Source of the DNA: Rickettsiales bacterium
GTDB lineage: Bacteria; Pseudomonadota; Alphaproteobacteria; Rs-D84
Assembly: GCA_031267375.1 (NCBI GenBank)
Contig: JAIRZE010000023.1
Location: 1-25,585 of the forward strand
Reading direction: 5' to 3'
DNA: 25,585 bases
The first letter of the stretch is position 1, and the number at the start of each line of letters is the position of its first letter. A program made the translations under genes and the position numbers. Under the pieces are notes generated by a model. That model did not search any database. It was given only the letters and a program-made list of their open reading frames with translations, and was not told where the DNA came from. Positions 1 to 7,320 of this stretch are shown piece after piece.

Positions 1-88
1 GAACACTGCGTGTTCGTTTTGGTTTCGTTTATTTTCAAAAAGATATAATCTTTACACTTATGTGTTCGTTTTAATGAAAATTGCATTA

Positions 89-1258
89 TCAATCCCTCCC
101 AATTCTGGCGGCATATTCGCGAAACTGCGATTGCTGAACATTCAGCTCTTGCCATTTTTTATTTTTATTCTTAAACTCGCCGCGCTTCATAAATCTTTGG
201 ACGCACTTGTCAACAGCCGCCTTGCCGGGCGCGCCGGATTCGTTCAGAAAATCTTTGCCGAATGTGTAAGAGGTTTTGACAGCGCTCGCAAATCCGACCA
301 ACGGCGCGTTGTATTTCTTGTTGCCGGTTCGTTTGTAATAATTAAGCGGGTTCACCATATTGGCGCAGTCGTATTCTATGACCTTTGGAATATCCGCAGA
401 ATACTGGGACTCGCAAGATAACATCATATTTGTCGCGCATTTAATTATGACGGTAATCTCTTTCGCCGACGGCGCGGCGTCCAGCATTGGATTGCCGCGC
501 AGATATTCTTTGTATTCGCCGAATCCTTTATCGTATTGAAACACTTTTGACTTGTCGTATATTATTCCGGAAAACGCGGCGGCGATATCGCCTGTTTTGC
601 GAAATACGCCGCGGATATAAAGAAGTTCCGCAATCGGGCCGACGATTTCTTCCGTTATATCCAACTCTGTAATCTGCTCTACTAAAAACCCCAGACGCAG
701 AAACGAGTGCCTGTCCAGCCAGTGCTTTAATTCGTGCGCCAGCGACAAAATGGATTCATAATTCTTGATGCGAATCTCGCGCAGCATTTCATCGCGGGAA
801 AGATGTTGCCCCAGGGCCTGATTATAAAAATTGTCGCGCGCCGCGGCGTCTTTGGATAAAGAAAAATGATAAACGGTAATGGAATCATTTTTGATGTTGT
901 AGATGCTGGAATTTTCAGCCAGATCTTTTATTTCGTTAACCTGGATTTCAACAAGATTTATATTTCCGAAAGAAATCAGCGGGATAATCTTGCGAACATC
1001 CTTGGCTTCGCCGGCATCCAGAAAATTCATAAATTCCAGATGACGGCGGACCGGAATGCTGTCGGCCGGTAATTCTGTTGATGGGCGTGAATTATTCAAA
1101 AATATGCTGTCGGCTTGATTTTCCGGGTTTTGGGCCGCAATTTTACCGCCAAATATTGTTCCGATTAAAGATGCCCCGCCCAGCAGCCATAACTTTGCTT
1201 TATTGGAATTATTTTTCAGATTTTTTTCAATCTTAAAAATCCCGGAATCTTGCGCCAT
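89..1258 (-). CDS. Membrane-anchored or secreted HExxH (gluzincin-like) protein; paralog of 14930..15898
   Basis: 389-aa ORF. It has an N-terminal hydrophobic helix (LWLLGGASLIGTIFGG). An HELKH motif is followed about 20-25 aa later by the acidic segment EEIVGPIAELL, which aligns by eye with HESKH...DEIAARASELL of the 322-aa ORF. No named family recognised. Confidence 0.6.
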   Translation of the reverse strand: MAQDSGIFKIEKNLKNNSNKAKLWLLGGASLIGTIFGGKIAAQNPENQADSIFLNNSRPSTELPADSIPVRRHLEFMNFLDAGEAKDVRKIIPLISFGNINLVEIQVNEIKDLAENSSIYNIKNDSITVYHFSLSKDAAARDNFYNQALGQHLSRDEMLREIRIKNYESILSLAHELKHWLDRHSFLRLGFLVEQITELDITEEIVGPIAELLYIRGVFRKTGDIAAAFSGIIYDKSKVFQYDKGFGEYKEYLRGNPMLDAAPSAKEITVIIKCATNMMLSCESQYSADIPKVIEYDCANMVNPLNYYKRTGNKKYNAPLVGFASAVKTSYTFGKDFLNESGAPGKAAVDKCVQRFMKRGEFKNKNKKWQELNVQQSQFREYAARIGRD

Positions 1259-1283
1259 TGCAAAAACTTTCTTATGTTTCTGG

Positions 1284-1319
1284 CTGGTACACTTTATACG
1301 GTGGTATAAAGTGTACCAC
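1284..1319. repeat. 36-bp palindromic element, copy A (arms GGTACACTTTATAC / GTATAAAGTGTACC, loop GGTG)
   Basis: Perfect 14-bp arms read directly from the sequence. It lies 26 nt upstream of the start codon at 1258 (minus strand). It is the reverse complement of copy B over 35/36 nt, including the asymmetric loop. Confidence 0.9.
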
Positions 1320-1338
1320 TCTGAACGGCATTTTTTTG

Positions 1339-1367
1339 TTGATTAAAAACAGGAAATCGCATAAAAT
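1339..1367 (+). promoter_or_regulatory. Sigma70-like promoter TTGATT-17nt-TAAAAT between the two palindromes
   Basis: TTGATT at 1339-1344, a 17-nt spacer at 1345-1361 and TAAAAT at 1362-1367. It points toward copy B and away from the adjacent CDS. Confidence 0.5.
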
Positions 1368-1389
1368 ATGGGAAGTGAAAAATAAGAAA

Positions 1390-1425
1390 CTGGTACACTT
1401 TATACCACCGTATAAAGTGTACCAG
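1390..1425. repeat. 36-bp palindromic element, copy B (same arms, loop CACC), followed by T7
   Basis: Same 14-bp arms as copy A with the loop inverted. It is followed immediately by TTTTTTT (1426-1432), so on the + strand it looks like hairpin plus U-run. Confidence 0.9.
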
Positions 1426-1442
1426 TTTTTTTGTAAAAGCAT

Positions 1443-1465
1443 TAAAAAACGCGGCTTTCGGCCGC
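1443..1465 (-). terminator. Intrinsic terminator (second of two) downstream of tRNA-Gly
   Basis: On the minus strand: GCGGC-CGAAA-GCCGC followed by G+UUUUUU (reverse complement of A-run 1444-1449). Confidence 0.55.
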
Positions 1466-1534
1466 ATCGCTTTCACATAAAAATGTTTGTAAAATGTCAG
1501 CCCAGCCTTCGCACTTTGTGCTTCGGCGGGCACT

Positions 1535-1568
1535 CAAAAATTTTAAGCGGACGCATTATGCGTCCGCT
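1535..1568 (-). terminator. Intrinsic terminator directly after tRNA-Gly
   Basis: 10-bp stem AGCGGACGCA/TGCGTCCGCT (1546-1555 / 1559-1568) with a 3-nt loop, followed on the minus strand by UAAAAUUUUU. Confidence 0.7.
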
Positions 1569-1580
1569 AACAATTTTTGG

Positions 1581-1654
1581 TGGTGCGGGCGGCGGGAATC
1601 GAACCCGCGTCTCGAGCTTGGAAGGCTTGCATTCTACCATTGGACTACGCCCGC
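1581..1654 (-). tRNA. tRNA-Gly (anticodon UCC)
   Basis: Hand-folded cloverleaf. Acceptor stem GCGGGCG/CGCCCGC, T-arm GCGGG-UUCGAUU-CCCGC, anticodon loop CUUCCAA, encoded CCA, discriminator A. There are two C/A mismatches (12:23 and 28:42). Confidence 0.8.
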
Positions 1655-1739
1655 AATCTGACACCCGCGAAGGCGGGCGTCCCTTGTAGCAAAGCACTTG
1701 ACTTTTTACAAGAGATTCCCGCCTGCGCGGGAATTAAAG

Positions 1740-1825
1740 TGGTGGGAGCGGTTGGAGTCGAACCAACTCAAGCAAAGCTAACAGATTTACAGTCTGCCCC
1801 GGCTCTCCGACTCCGGCGCGCGCCC
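1740..1825 (-). tRNA. tRNA-Tyr (anticodon GUA), long variable arm
   Basis: Anticodon arm GCAGA-CUGUAAA-UCUGU, T-arm GUUGG-UUCGACU-CCAAC, a 13-14-nt variable arm and encoded CCA. The acceptor stem has a C4/U69 mismatch, and position 8 reads C. Confidence 0.8.
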
Positions 1826-1879
1826 AAAACTTAAAATGCCCGCCAATTATATATAAATTTATTATAAAATCAAGTTTAT

Positions 1880-1926
1880 ATTGAAAAAGGTAATAAGGTG
1901 ATAAAGTATTGCACCTTATCACCTTA
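1880..1926 (-). terminator. Hairpin with tandem-8-mer arms, terminator-like, after the stop of the 95-aa gene
   Basis: AAGGTGATAA (1895-1904) pairs with TTATCACCTT (1916-1925). The arms are (AAGGTNAT)x2 and (CCTTATCA)x2. The minus-strand RNA continues AUUACCUUUUUC. Confidence 0.55.
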
Positions 1927-2214
1927 TCACGAGTTATCACACAGGGATTGGCCAGGCTGCGGAGTATGAGTGCGCCAATAATCCATAACCGCATCCCATT
2001 CGCTGCGCGTTATGCATCCGTCTTTGTTTTTATCCAGACATCTCACATCATCGGCATATCCGCGTTTTACATCCGCTTTCAAGCATCCGTCTTTTTCAAA
2101 AAGATATGATTCAGGCATATGCTCTGCCCCGCCCTGCTTTTCCAAATTTGGCGCATTTGTCCCGCAGCTGGCCGCCAAGCCGCAAATCGCGGCCAATATC
2201 ATTAATTTTTTCAT
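1927..2214 (-). CDS. Small secreted protein or lipoprotein with a canonical EF-hand Ca-binding loop
   Basis: 95 aa. Signal peptide MKKLMILAAICGLAASC. The 12-residue loop DKNKDGCITRSE fits D-x-N-x-D-G-x-I-x-x-x-E. The RBS is AAGGGGGG. Confidence 0.7.
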   Translation of the reverse strand: MKKLMILAAICGLAASCGTNAPNLEKQGGAEHMPESYLFEKDGCLKADVKRGYADDVRCLDKNKDGCITRSEWDAVMDYWRTHTPQPGQSLCDNS

Positions 2215-2226
2215 ACGAATCCCCCC

Positions 2227-2511
2227 TTATTCTATTGTGATTTTTATATTTGTATCTTTGACTGCGTTTATAACGCCGGATGCTGCGCGCGCCGCCGTTT
2301 CTATATGCTTGTCTATCTGCTGGGACAGCTCTTTCGTGCCGGCGACATCAACGGATATGACCTGCTGCCCTGCTTCGTTTTTAACAGTCAGCTCGCACGG
2401 AACGGGCTGAATAGTCTTTGCAAGAAAGCCAGCCGCGAACCCAAGCCCCAGCAGCGCTATCCCGCCAAGCGTAAAAAGCACAATATGTTTGTTTGATTTT
2501 ATTTCCGGCAT
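2227..2511 (-). CDS. Small single-pass membrane protein, function unknown
   Basis: 94 aa with one TM helix (IVLFTLGGIALLGLGFAAGFL) and a strong RBS (AAGGAG) upstream of the ATG at 2511. Confidence 0.7.
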   Translation of the reverse strand: MPEIKSNKHIVLFTLGGIALLGLGFAAGFLAKTIQPVPCELTVKNEAGQQVISVDVAGTKELSQQIDKHIETAARAASGVINAVKDTNIKITIE

Positions 2512-2528
2512 TTTTTTCTCCTTTTAAT

Positions 2529-3674
2529 TTAAGTATGCACTGTTTCATTTTTTGAATATTCCACATATTCAACTATTTCCCGCAGAGCAGCCTCTGGCCT
2601 GATTTCGCTGATTATCAATCCTTTTGCATAACCCGCGACCCTTTCCGCGGGCGCGCCCAGATCAAAGCAGGCGACCGGCAGGTTCATTTTCATAGCCTCG
2701 GCCGTGGTATATGAAAAAGTTTCCGGCCAGATGCTGGGGATGAAAACAATATCAATATCGTTTTCTTCCATTATTTTCGGCAAGTCTTCGCGCCGGTATT
2801 TTCCGACATTCTTTGTATTCGGCACCTGCATATCCGTCCCGATTAATATCAGATTTACACCACTCGGCAGCATCGCCGCCATATTGTCTATTATAGCTGA
2901 TCCTTTGTACGCATAACTTACATCGCCCAGCACCGCTATGTTTATTCCGCTGTGCGCGCCGATTTGCGCCCTGCGCAAGTGTGGCACGAAATGCGGAACG
3001 ACTTTTATTTTATCAGCCGTGAATGGATAAATTTTTGTTATAAGTTTACCGGTGCTTTGCGAAAACACTGTTATTTCATCGCAGCCGTCCCGAAAGAATT
3101 CGCCCCAAGCGCCCCGCCAGTCGCGCACATTTATCTGGGAATTCATATACGGGCAATTCTGCGCGCACGCGTCGCAAGATTCCGGCAAGCCGCAGTACTG
3201 CAAGCCCTCTGTCATCAGCATATCGCGCGGGCAAGCGCATAAAAAGCTGTGCGCGAAAAATATGACTTTGCAATCGCGGCTTCTTTTTCCCGCCGCCCAG
3301 CGTAAAATAAACCGAGTATCAGGCCAGCAGAGTACCACGCTGATCATTATTTTATTCGGACGGATATTATCAAGCAACGCAAAGAAAGAATCCGCATCAT
3401 CCCGTTCTATTCTTTTGATTACAGCGCCGCGCCAGTAAATCTCGCAAACATATTTCAAACTTATGAAATTATATTTTATACAGAACAGCAAACCGGATTT
3501 ATTATATCGCGAAATATTGTTATTGAAAAAAGCAACAGTGCCGCCGGAAAAGCCTTCGTTATCTATAAAAAAACCCTTGTCGCAGCGCAAGTCTGCCAGC
3601 GCGGATAAAAAATCCGCATCCGACAGATATTCATTCGGCATACGCACGCCGCAAAAAATATTGCGAAAAAACAT
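2529..3674 (-). CDS. Glycosyltransferase-like protein (GT-B, GT4-like C-terminal half)
   Basis: 381 aa. The C-terminal block (...DIVFIPSIWPETFSYTTAEAMKMNLPVACFDLGAPAERV) resembles the E-x7-E region of retaining GT4 enzymes. There is a Cys cluster, CGLPESCDACAQNC. Its start lies 1 nt after the lolD stop. Confidence 0.5.
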   Translation of the reverse strand: MFFRNIFCGVRMPNEYLSDADFLSALADLRCDKGFFIDNEGFSGGTVAFFNNNISRYNKSGLLFCIKYNFISLKYVCEIYWRGAVIKRIERDDADSFFALLDNIRPNKIMISVVLCWPDTRFILRWAAGKRSRDCKVIFFAHSFLCACPRDMLMTEGLQYCGLPESCDACAQNCPYMNSQINVRDWRGAWGEFFRDGCDEITVFSQSTGKLITKIYPFTADKIKVVPHFVPHLRRAQIGAHSGINIAVLGDVSYAYKGSAIIDNMAAMLPSGVNLILIGTDMQVPNTKNVGKYRREDLPKIMEENDIDIVFIPSIWPETFSYTTAEAMKMNLPVACFDLGAPAERVAGYAKGLIISEIRPEAALREIVEYVEYSKNETVHT

Positions 3675-3675
3675 A

Positions 3676-4389
3676 TTATCCCACTATGCCGTTTGTTATG
3701 GTTATGGTCCTGTCGGCGCGGGACGCCAGATTCATATCGTGCGTCACAAACAGCATCGCCATTTTGTTCTGACGGACCAAGTTCAGCAGCAGATCAAAAA
3801 CCGCGGCGGCATTCGCTGGATCAAGCGACCCCGTAGGCTCATCCGCCAGCAATACATCCGGGTCATTCGCCAAAGCGCGCGCAACCGCGGTGCGCTGCTG
3901 TTCTCCGCCGGACATCTCGCCCGGGCGGTGGGACGCCCTGTGCAGAACATTTGCGGATTTTAATAATTTCTTTGCGCGAATCTCGGCCGATTCTTCATCT
4001 GCGCCATCCGCCAGCATAGGCATAGCGACATTTTCCAGCGCGGAAAAATCGTCCAATAAATTATGCCGCTGGTATACAAAGCCGATTTTCTTGCGGCGAA
4101 CCAGAGTGCGCTGATCCTCGCTCATCTTATGCACGGGTGTGCCGGCAATCAGAATGCTGCCGCTGGTCGGCCGATCCAGCAATCCTACGCATTGCAGCAA
4201 GGTTGACTTTCCGCAACCGGACGGCCCGACCAGCGCGATGATTTCGCCGCGATGCAGATCAAATCCGCCGCCGCGCAAGATGTGCAGAGGCTGGCCGCCT
4301 TCCAGGAAAGACTTTTTAATATCGCGCACGGACATTACGACATCGCCGCCGCGCGCCGGCTTGGACAAAGAGTTTAATATTTTATTCAT
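3676..4389 (-). CDS. lolD: Lipoprotein-release ABC transporter ATPase LolD
   Basis: Walker A GPSGCGKST, signature SGGEQQR, Walker B LLADEPT, and the LolD-type motif FVYQRHNLLDDFSALENVAMP. It overlaps the upstream permease gene by 8 nt. Confidence 0.85.
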   Translation of the reverse strand: MNKILNSLSKPARGGDVVMSVRDIKKSFLEGGQPLHILRGGGFDLHRGEIIALVGPSGCGKSTLLQCVGLLDRPTSGSILIAGTPVHKMSEDQRTLVRRKKIGFVYQRHNLLDDFSALENVAMPMLADGADEESAEIRAKKLLKSANVLHRASHRPGEMSGGEQQRTAVARALANDPDVLLADEPTGSLDPANAAAVFDLLLNLVRQNKMAMLFVTHDMNLASRADRTITITNGIVG

Positions 4390-5635
4390 TCCGAAGTACC
4401 TCCACCGGGTCGGTCTTTGACGCTTTCCACGCCGGATACAATGTTGCCAAAAACGCCAGCAAAACCGCCGTCAGCGCTATGCCCGCAACCTGCGCGAATT
4501 GAATCTTGGATGGCAATTCTGACAAATAATAAATATCCGCGGGAAACAAATCGCGCCCCGTCGCCCATTGGAAAAACTTTCGTATGGGCTCTATATACTT
4601 CGCGACTATCAGCCCGAACACGGTGCCGAATACAGCGCCGATAACGCCGATGCTGCTGCCGCACAGAATAAATATCCGCATCATAGATTTCCGTGATACG
4701 CCGAAAGTCCGCAACACCGCGATGTCCTTGTTTTTATCTTTCACCAGCATTACCAAGGATGACACTATATTGAACGCGGCGACGATTACTATTAATAATA
4801 AAATCAAAAACATAACATTTGATTCAACCTGCAAGGCACCCACGAATCCGCGGTTCAGATCGCGCCAATCGCGAACTATGAATCCCGCCGGCAATAATTC
4901 CGACACACTGTTTCGTACGCTTGTCGTGGATTCCGGATTTTTCAGAAATATGTCTATATGCGTGACGCCGCCGTCTGTATTCAAGTATTTCTGCGCGGTT
5001 GTCAGAGTGGTAAAAATATACCCCGAATCATATTCATACATACCCATAAAAAAGGAAGACTTTACCGGATAAGACATAATGCGCGGCATAGTCCCGAACG
5101 CGGTCGGCGTTGCTCCGTTCGCCGATACCAGCGATATGCTGTCGCCAAGAGTTATTCTTAACGCGCGCCCCAAAGAATTTCCGACTATTAATTCACCGTC
5201 TTTGATATCACCCAGTGATTTTCCAAAAATCTTTGTTCCGCCGGCAGTTTTGGCAGCCAGATCAGACATACGAATTCCGCGAACCATAGCGCCGGTGTTG
5301 TTTCCGTTTGCGGTGGCCATAACCTGGCCCTCTGCGATAGGAACTATGCCGGTGGCGTTTGCGGCAACAAGTTTGTTCTGCTTTAATTTATCAATCAGGA
5401 AGTCATAGTCGCGGATGCTGCCGTCCTGATGATAAATAACAATATGGCCGTTCATACCGACGATACGCCCCAGCAGAGTATCGTGAAATCCGCCCATAAC
5501 GGACATAACGACAATCAGGGTCATAACCCCCAGGGCGATGCCGAGCAGCGACACCCAAGATATGACGGATCCGAATCCGCGCCCTTTTGCGCGCAGATAA
5601 CGAAAAGCGATTTTTTTTTCCAAGCGTGTGAACAT
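4382..5635 (-). CDS. lolC: LolC/LolE-family lipoprotein-release permease
   Basis: 417 aa. N-terminus (FRYLRAKG...SWVSLLGIALGVMTLIVVMSVMGGF), a large periplasmic loop and a C-terminal FtsX-type TM bundle. It is coupled to lolD. Confidence 0.8.
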   Translation of the reverse strand: MFTRLEKKIAFRYLRAKGRGFGSVISWVSLLGIALGVMTLIVVMSVMGGFHDTLLGRIVGMNGHIVIYHQDGSIRDYDFLIDKLKQNKLVAANATGIVPIAEGQVMATANGNNTGAMVRGIRMSDLAAKTAGGTKIFGKSLGDIKDGELIVGNSLGRALRITLGDSISLVSANGATPTAFGTMPRIMSYPVKSSFFMGMYEYDSGYIFTTLTTAQKYLNTDGGVTHIDIFLKNPESTTSVRNSVSELLPAGFIVRDWRDLNRGFVGALQVESNVMFLILLLIVIVAAFNIVSSLVMLVKDKNKDIAVLRTFGVSRKSMMRIFILCGSSIGVIGAVFGTVFGLIVAKYIEPIRKFFQWATGRDLFPADIYYLSELPSKIQFAQVAGIALTAVLLAFLATLYPAWKASKTDPVEVLRNE

Positions 5636-5638
5636 TTA

Positions 5639-5835
5639 TGAACCTATTAACAATTAAGCCATCAGATTTTTGCGGATTTTAGAAGATGATTTTTTTGATT
5701 TTGCGATTGCCGTATTCTCATACGGCAGAGCAAAATTGAAAAAATCAGCCCAAAAGACGCGAAAAGATGATGTAATCGTTCCCTTTTGTTGTTATGAACC
5801 TTACAAATACAAAGCGTAAATTGTTAATAGGTTCA
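5639..5835. repeat. 197-bp intergenic element bounded by perfect 17-bp terminal inverted repeats (MITE-like)
   Basis: TGAACCTATTAACAATT at 5639-5655 and its exact reverse complement at 5819-5835. The interior has a long imperfect hairpin centred on GCCGTA-TTCTCA-TACGGC. There is no ORF. Confidence 0.7.
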
Positions 5836-5843
5836 ATATTCCT

Positions 5844-6362
5844 TTACCAAACTTCGCTGTGAATCTTTGCCGGGTCAAAGCCGTCGCGGGATTCAAACGG
5901 AACATCCGAAAATCCAAGAACGACCAAAGCCGCCGGCACTATGTTTTCAGGCAGACTGCACAAGCCGCGGTAATCGGCGATATTTTCAAGCGCGTGCGTC
6001 CAGCAGCTGGCGATTCCCAAATCCGTCGCGCGCAACAGCATATTCTGAATGCACGCGGCCGCGTCCAATTTGCCAAGGTCTTCGTTTTCGCCGTATTCCG
6101 CCGGAATCTTATTCCGGTCATAGCAAACCAAAACTGACACGGGCGATTCAGTGCAGAATCCCGCCCATTCGTAAAACTCTTTTATTTTTGACTTTGCTGC
6201 GGCTGATTTTATTACAATCAGTTCCAGCGGATGAATGCCTTCGCCGCTGGGGGCGGACAGGCCGCTGGATAAAATGAATTGCAGATTGCGATCGGATACG
6301 GGATCATTGCGAAAGCTGCGGATGCTGCGGCGCTTGTAAATATTTCCTGATGTCGGATACAT
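5844..6362 (-). CDS. Nitroreductase-family protein
   Basis: 172 aa. The N-terminal RRSIRSFRNDPVS motif is typical of the FMN nitroreductase fold. RBS AAGGAG. Confidence 0.75.
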   Translation of the reverse strand: MYPTSGNIYKRRSIRSFRNDPVSDRNLQFILSSGLSAPSGEGIHPLELIVIKSAAAKSKIKEFYEWAGFCTESPVSVLVCYDRNKIPAEYGENEDLGKLDAAACIQNMLLRATDLGIASCWTHALENIADYRGLCSLPENIVPAALVVLGFSDVPFESRDGFDPAKIHSEVW

Positions 6363-6366
6363 AATA

Positions 6367-7167
6367 TTACTCCTTTATAACCGTGCAATTATAATTTATA
6401 TATGTTTTCAAATATACGCCTTTTTCAAACGATACGGAATATTCTTTGTCTGATTTCTTATTGAAATTTATCTTATCGCCTGACCACCGGTCCGACATTG
6501 CGCCCCTTTTCAAATCAAAAGTTTTTCCGCCAATATTTAATTCTAATTTGTCCTGACGAAACTTGGCAACAGTGTCCGCAGTGTCGCATTTCATAAGAAT
6601 TGTTATATCGGAATTATATTCCGCCATTTTTTTGTTCAAATTTGCAATCCTCTCATTTGCAAGCATTTCCAAAACTTCGTTATTGTTTTCTTTTGCTATT
6701 GCCAGGATCTCATTCAATTTTTTATCATCCAAAATTCCCGCGGCGGCGTCCAGATCAAAGCCGCAGTTAATCCTTTCTTTTGATTTGCTCCAAGCCATCA
6801 TATTTTTCCAATCGGTATGCGCCGGCCCATAACCCTGTTTGACCAGCAGCCCTAAAATATCTTTTACAGGCTTTGAATCCGAGCACAGCTTGTCGCTGAG
6901 TTCTTGTTTTATCTTTTCCGCGTCAACCTGCCCCAGCTTTGCGCCATAATCAAACAAGTCATATACGATTTGATATGAAAGGCTTGTCGGATTTTTTCTT
7001 AAAGCGACTTTCAGCGCCTCATCCAGATTTGTCGCGCCGTCCTTTATGCTTTTCCTGACCTGATTATCACTGCCTTGATTTACAGCCTTTATCAGGTCGT
7101 CATTCGGCGTCCCGGCAAAAGCCGCCAATGGAAAGAGAATAAATAAAAATCGTATGCTTTTTTTCAT
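6367..7167 (-). CDS. Secreted hypothetical protein
   Basis: 266 aa. Signal peptide MKKSIRFLFILFPLAAFAG. AT-rich coding sequence. Its stop lies 4 nt before the nitroreductase start. Confidence 0.65.
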   Translation of the reverse strand: MKKSIRFLFILFPLAAFAGTPNDDLIKAVNQGSDNQVRKSIKDGATNLDEALKVALRKNPTSLSYQIVYDLFDYGAKLGQVDAEKIKQELSDKLCSDSKPVKDILGLLVKQGYGPAHTDWKNMMAWSKSKERINCGFDLDAAAGILDDKKLNEILAIAKENNNEVLEMLANERIANLNKKMAEYNSDITILMKCDTADTVAKFRQDKLELNIGGKTFDLKRGAMSDRWSGDKINFNKKSDKEYSVSFEKGVYLKTYINYNCTVIKE

Positions 7168-7219
7168 CTTTTATACACAATTTTTACCATAATTAATAAC
7201 CTGAATTATTTATATTATT

Positions 7220-7320
7220 TATTTTTAGGCTATTATAATTATTTGAATTTACTGGATTATTTTAACAAAATCGCCTATTTATTAACCTTTTTGCTCTCTT
7301 ATTCCTATTTTTAGGCTATT
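7220..7320. repeat. 15-bp direct repeat pair TATTTTTAGGCTATT
   Basis: Identical copies at 7220-7234 and 7306-7320. The second overlaps the stop codon of the AlbA_2 C-terminal ORF. The surrounding region is a very AT-rich intergenic stretch. Confidence 0.6.

Noticed and set aside
1258-1834. ORFs 1258..1689(+), 1497..1697(-), 1577..1834(+) and 1294..1533(-).
   Set aside because: They overlap the tRNA genes, terminators and palindromes. They have no RBS and a low-complexity translation, so they are spurious.
2529-3674. The Cys cluster CGLPESCDACAQNC in the glycosyltransferase-like protein as a radical-SAM or Fe-S motif.
   Set aside because: The spacing is Cx6Cx2Cx3C rather than Cx3Cx2C, and no other radical-SAM features are present. 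It is more likely a structural Zn or disulfide site.
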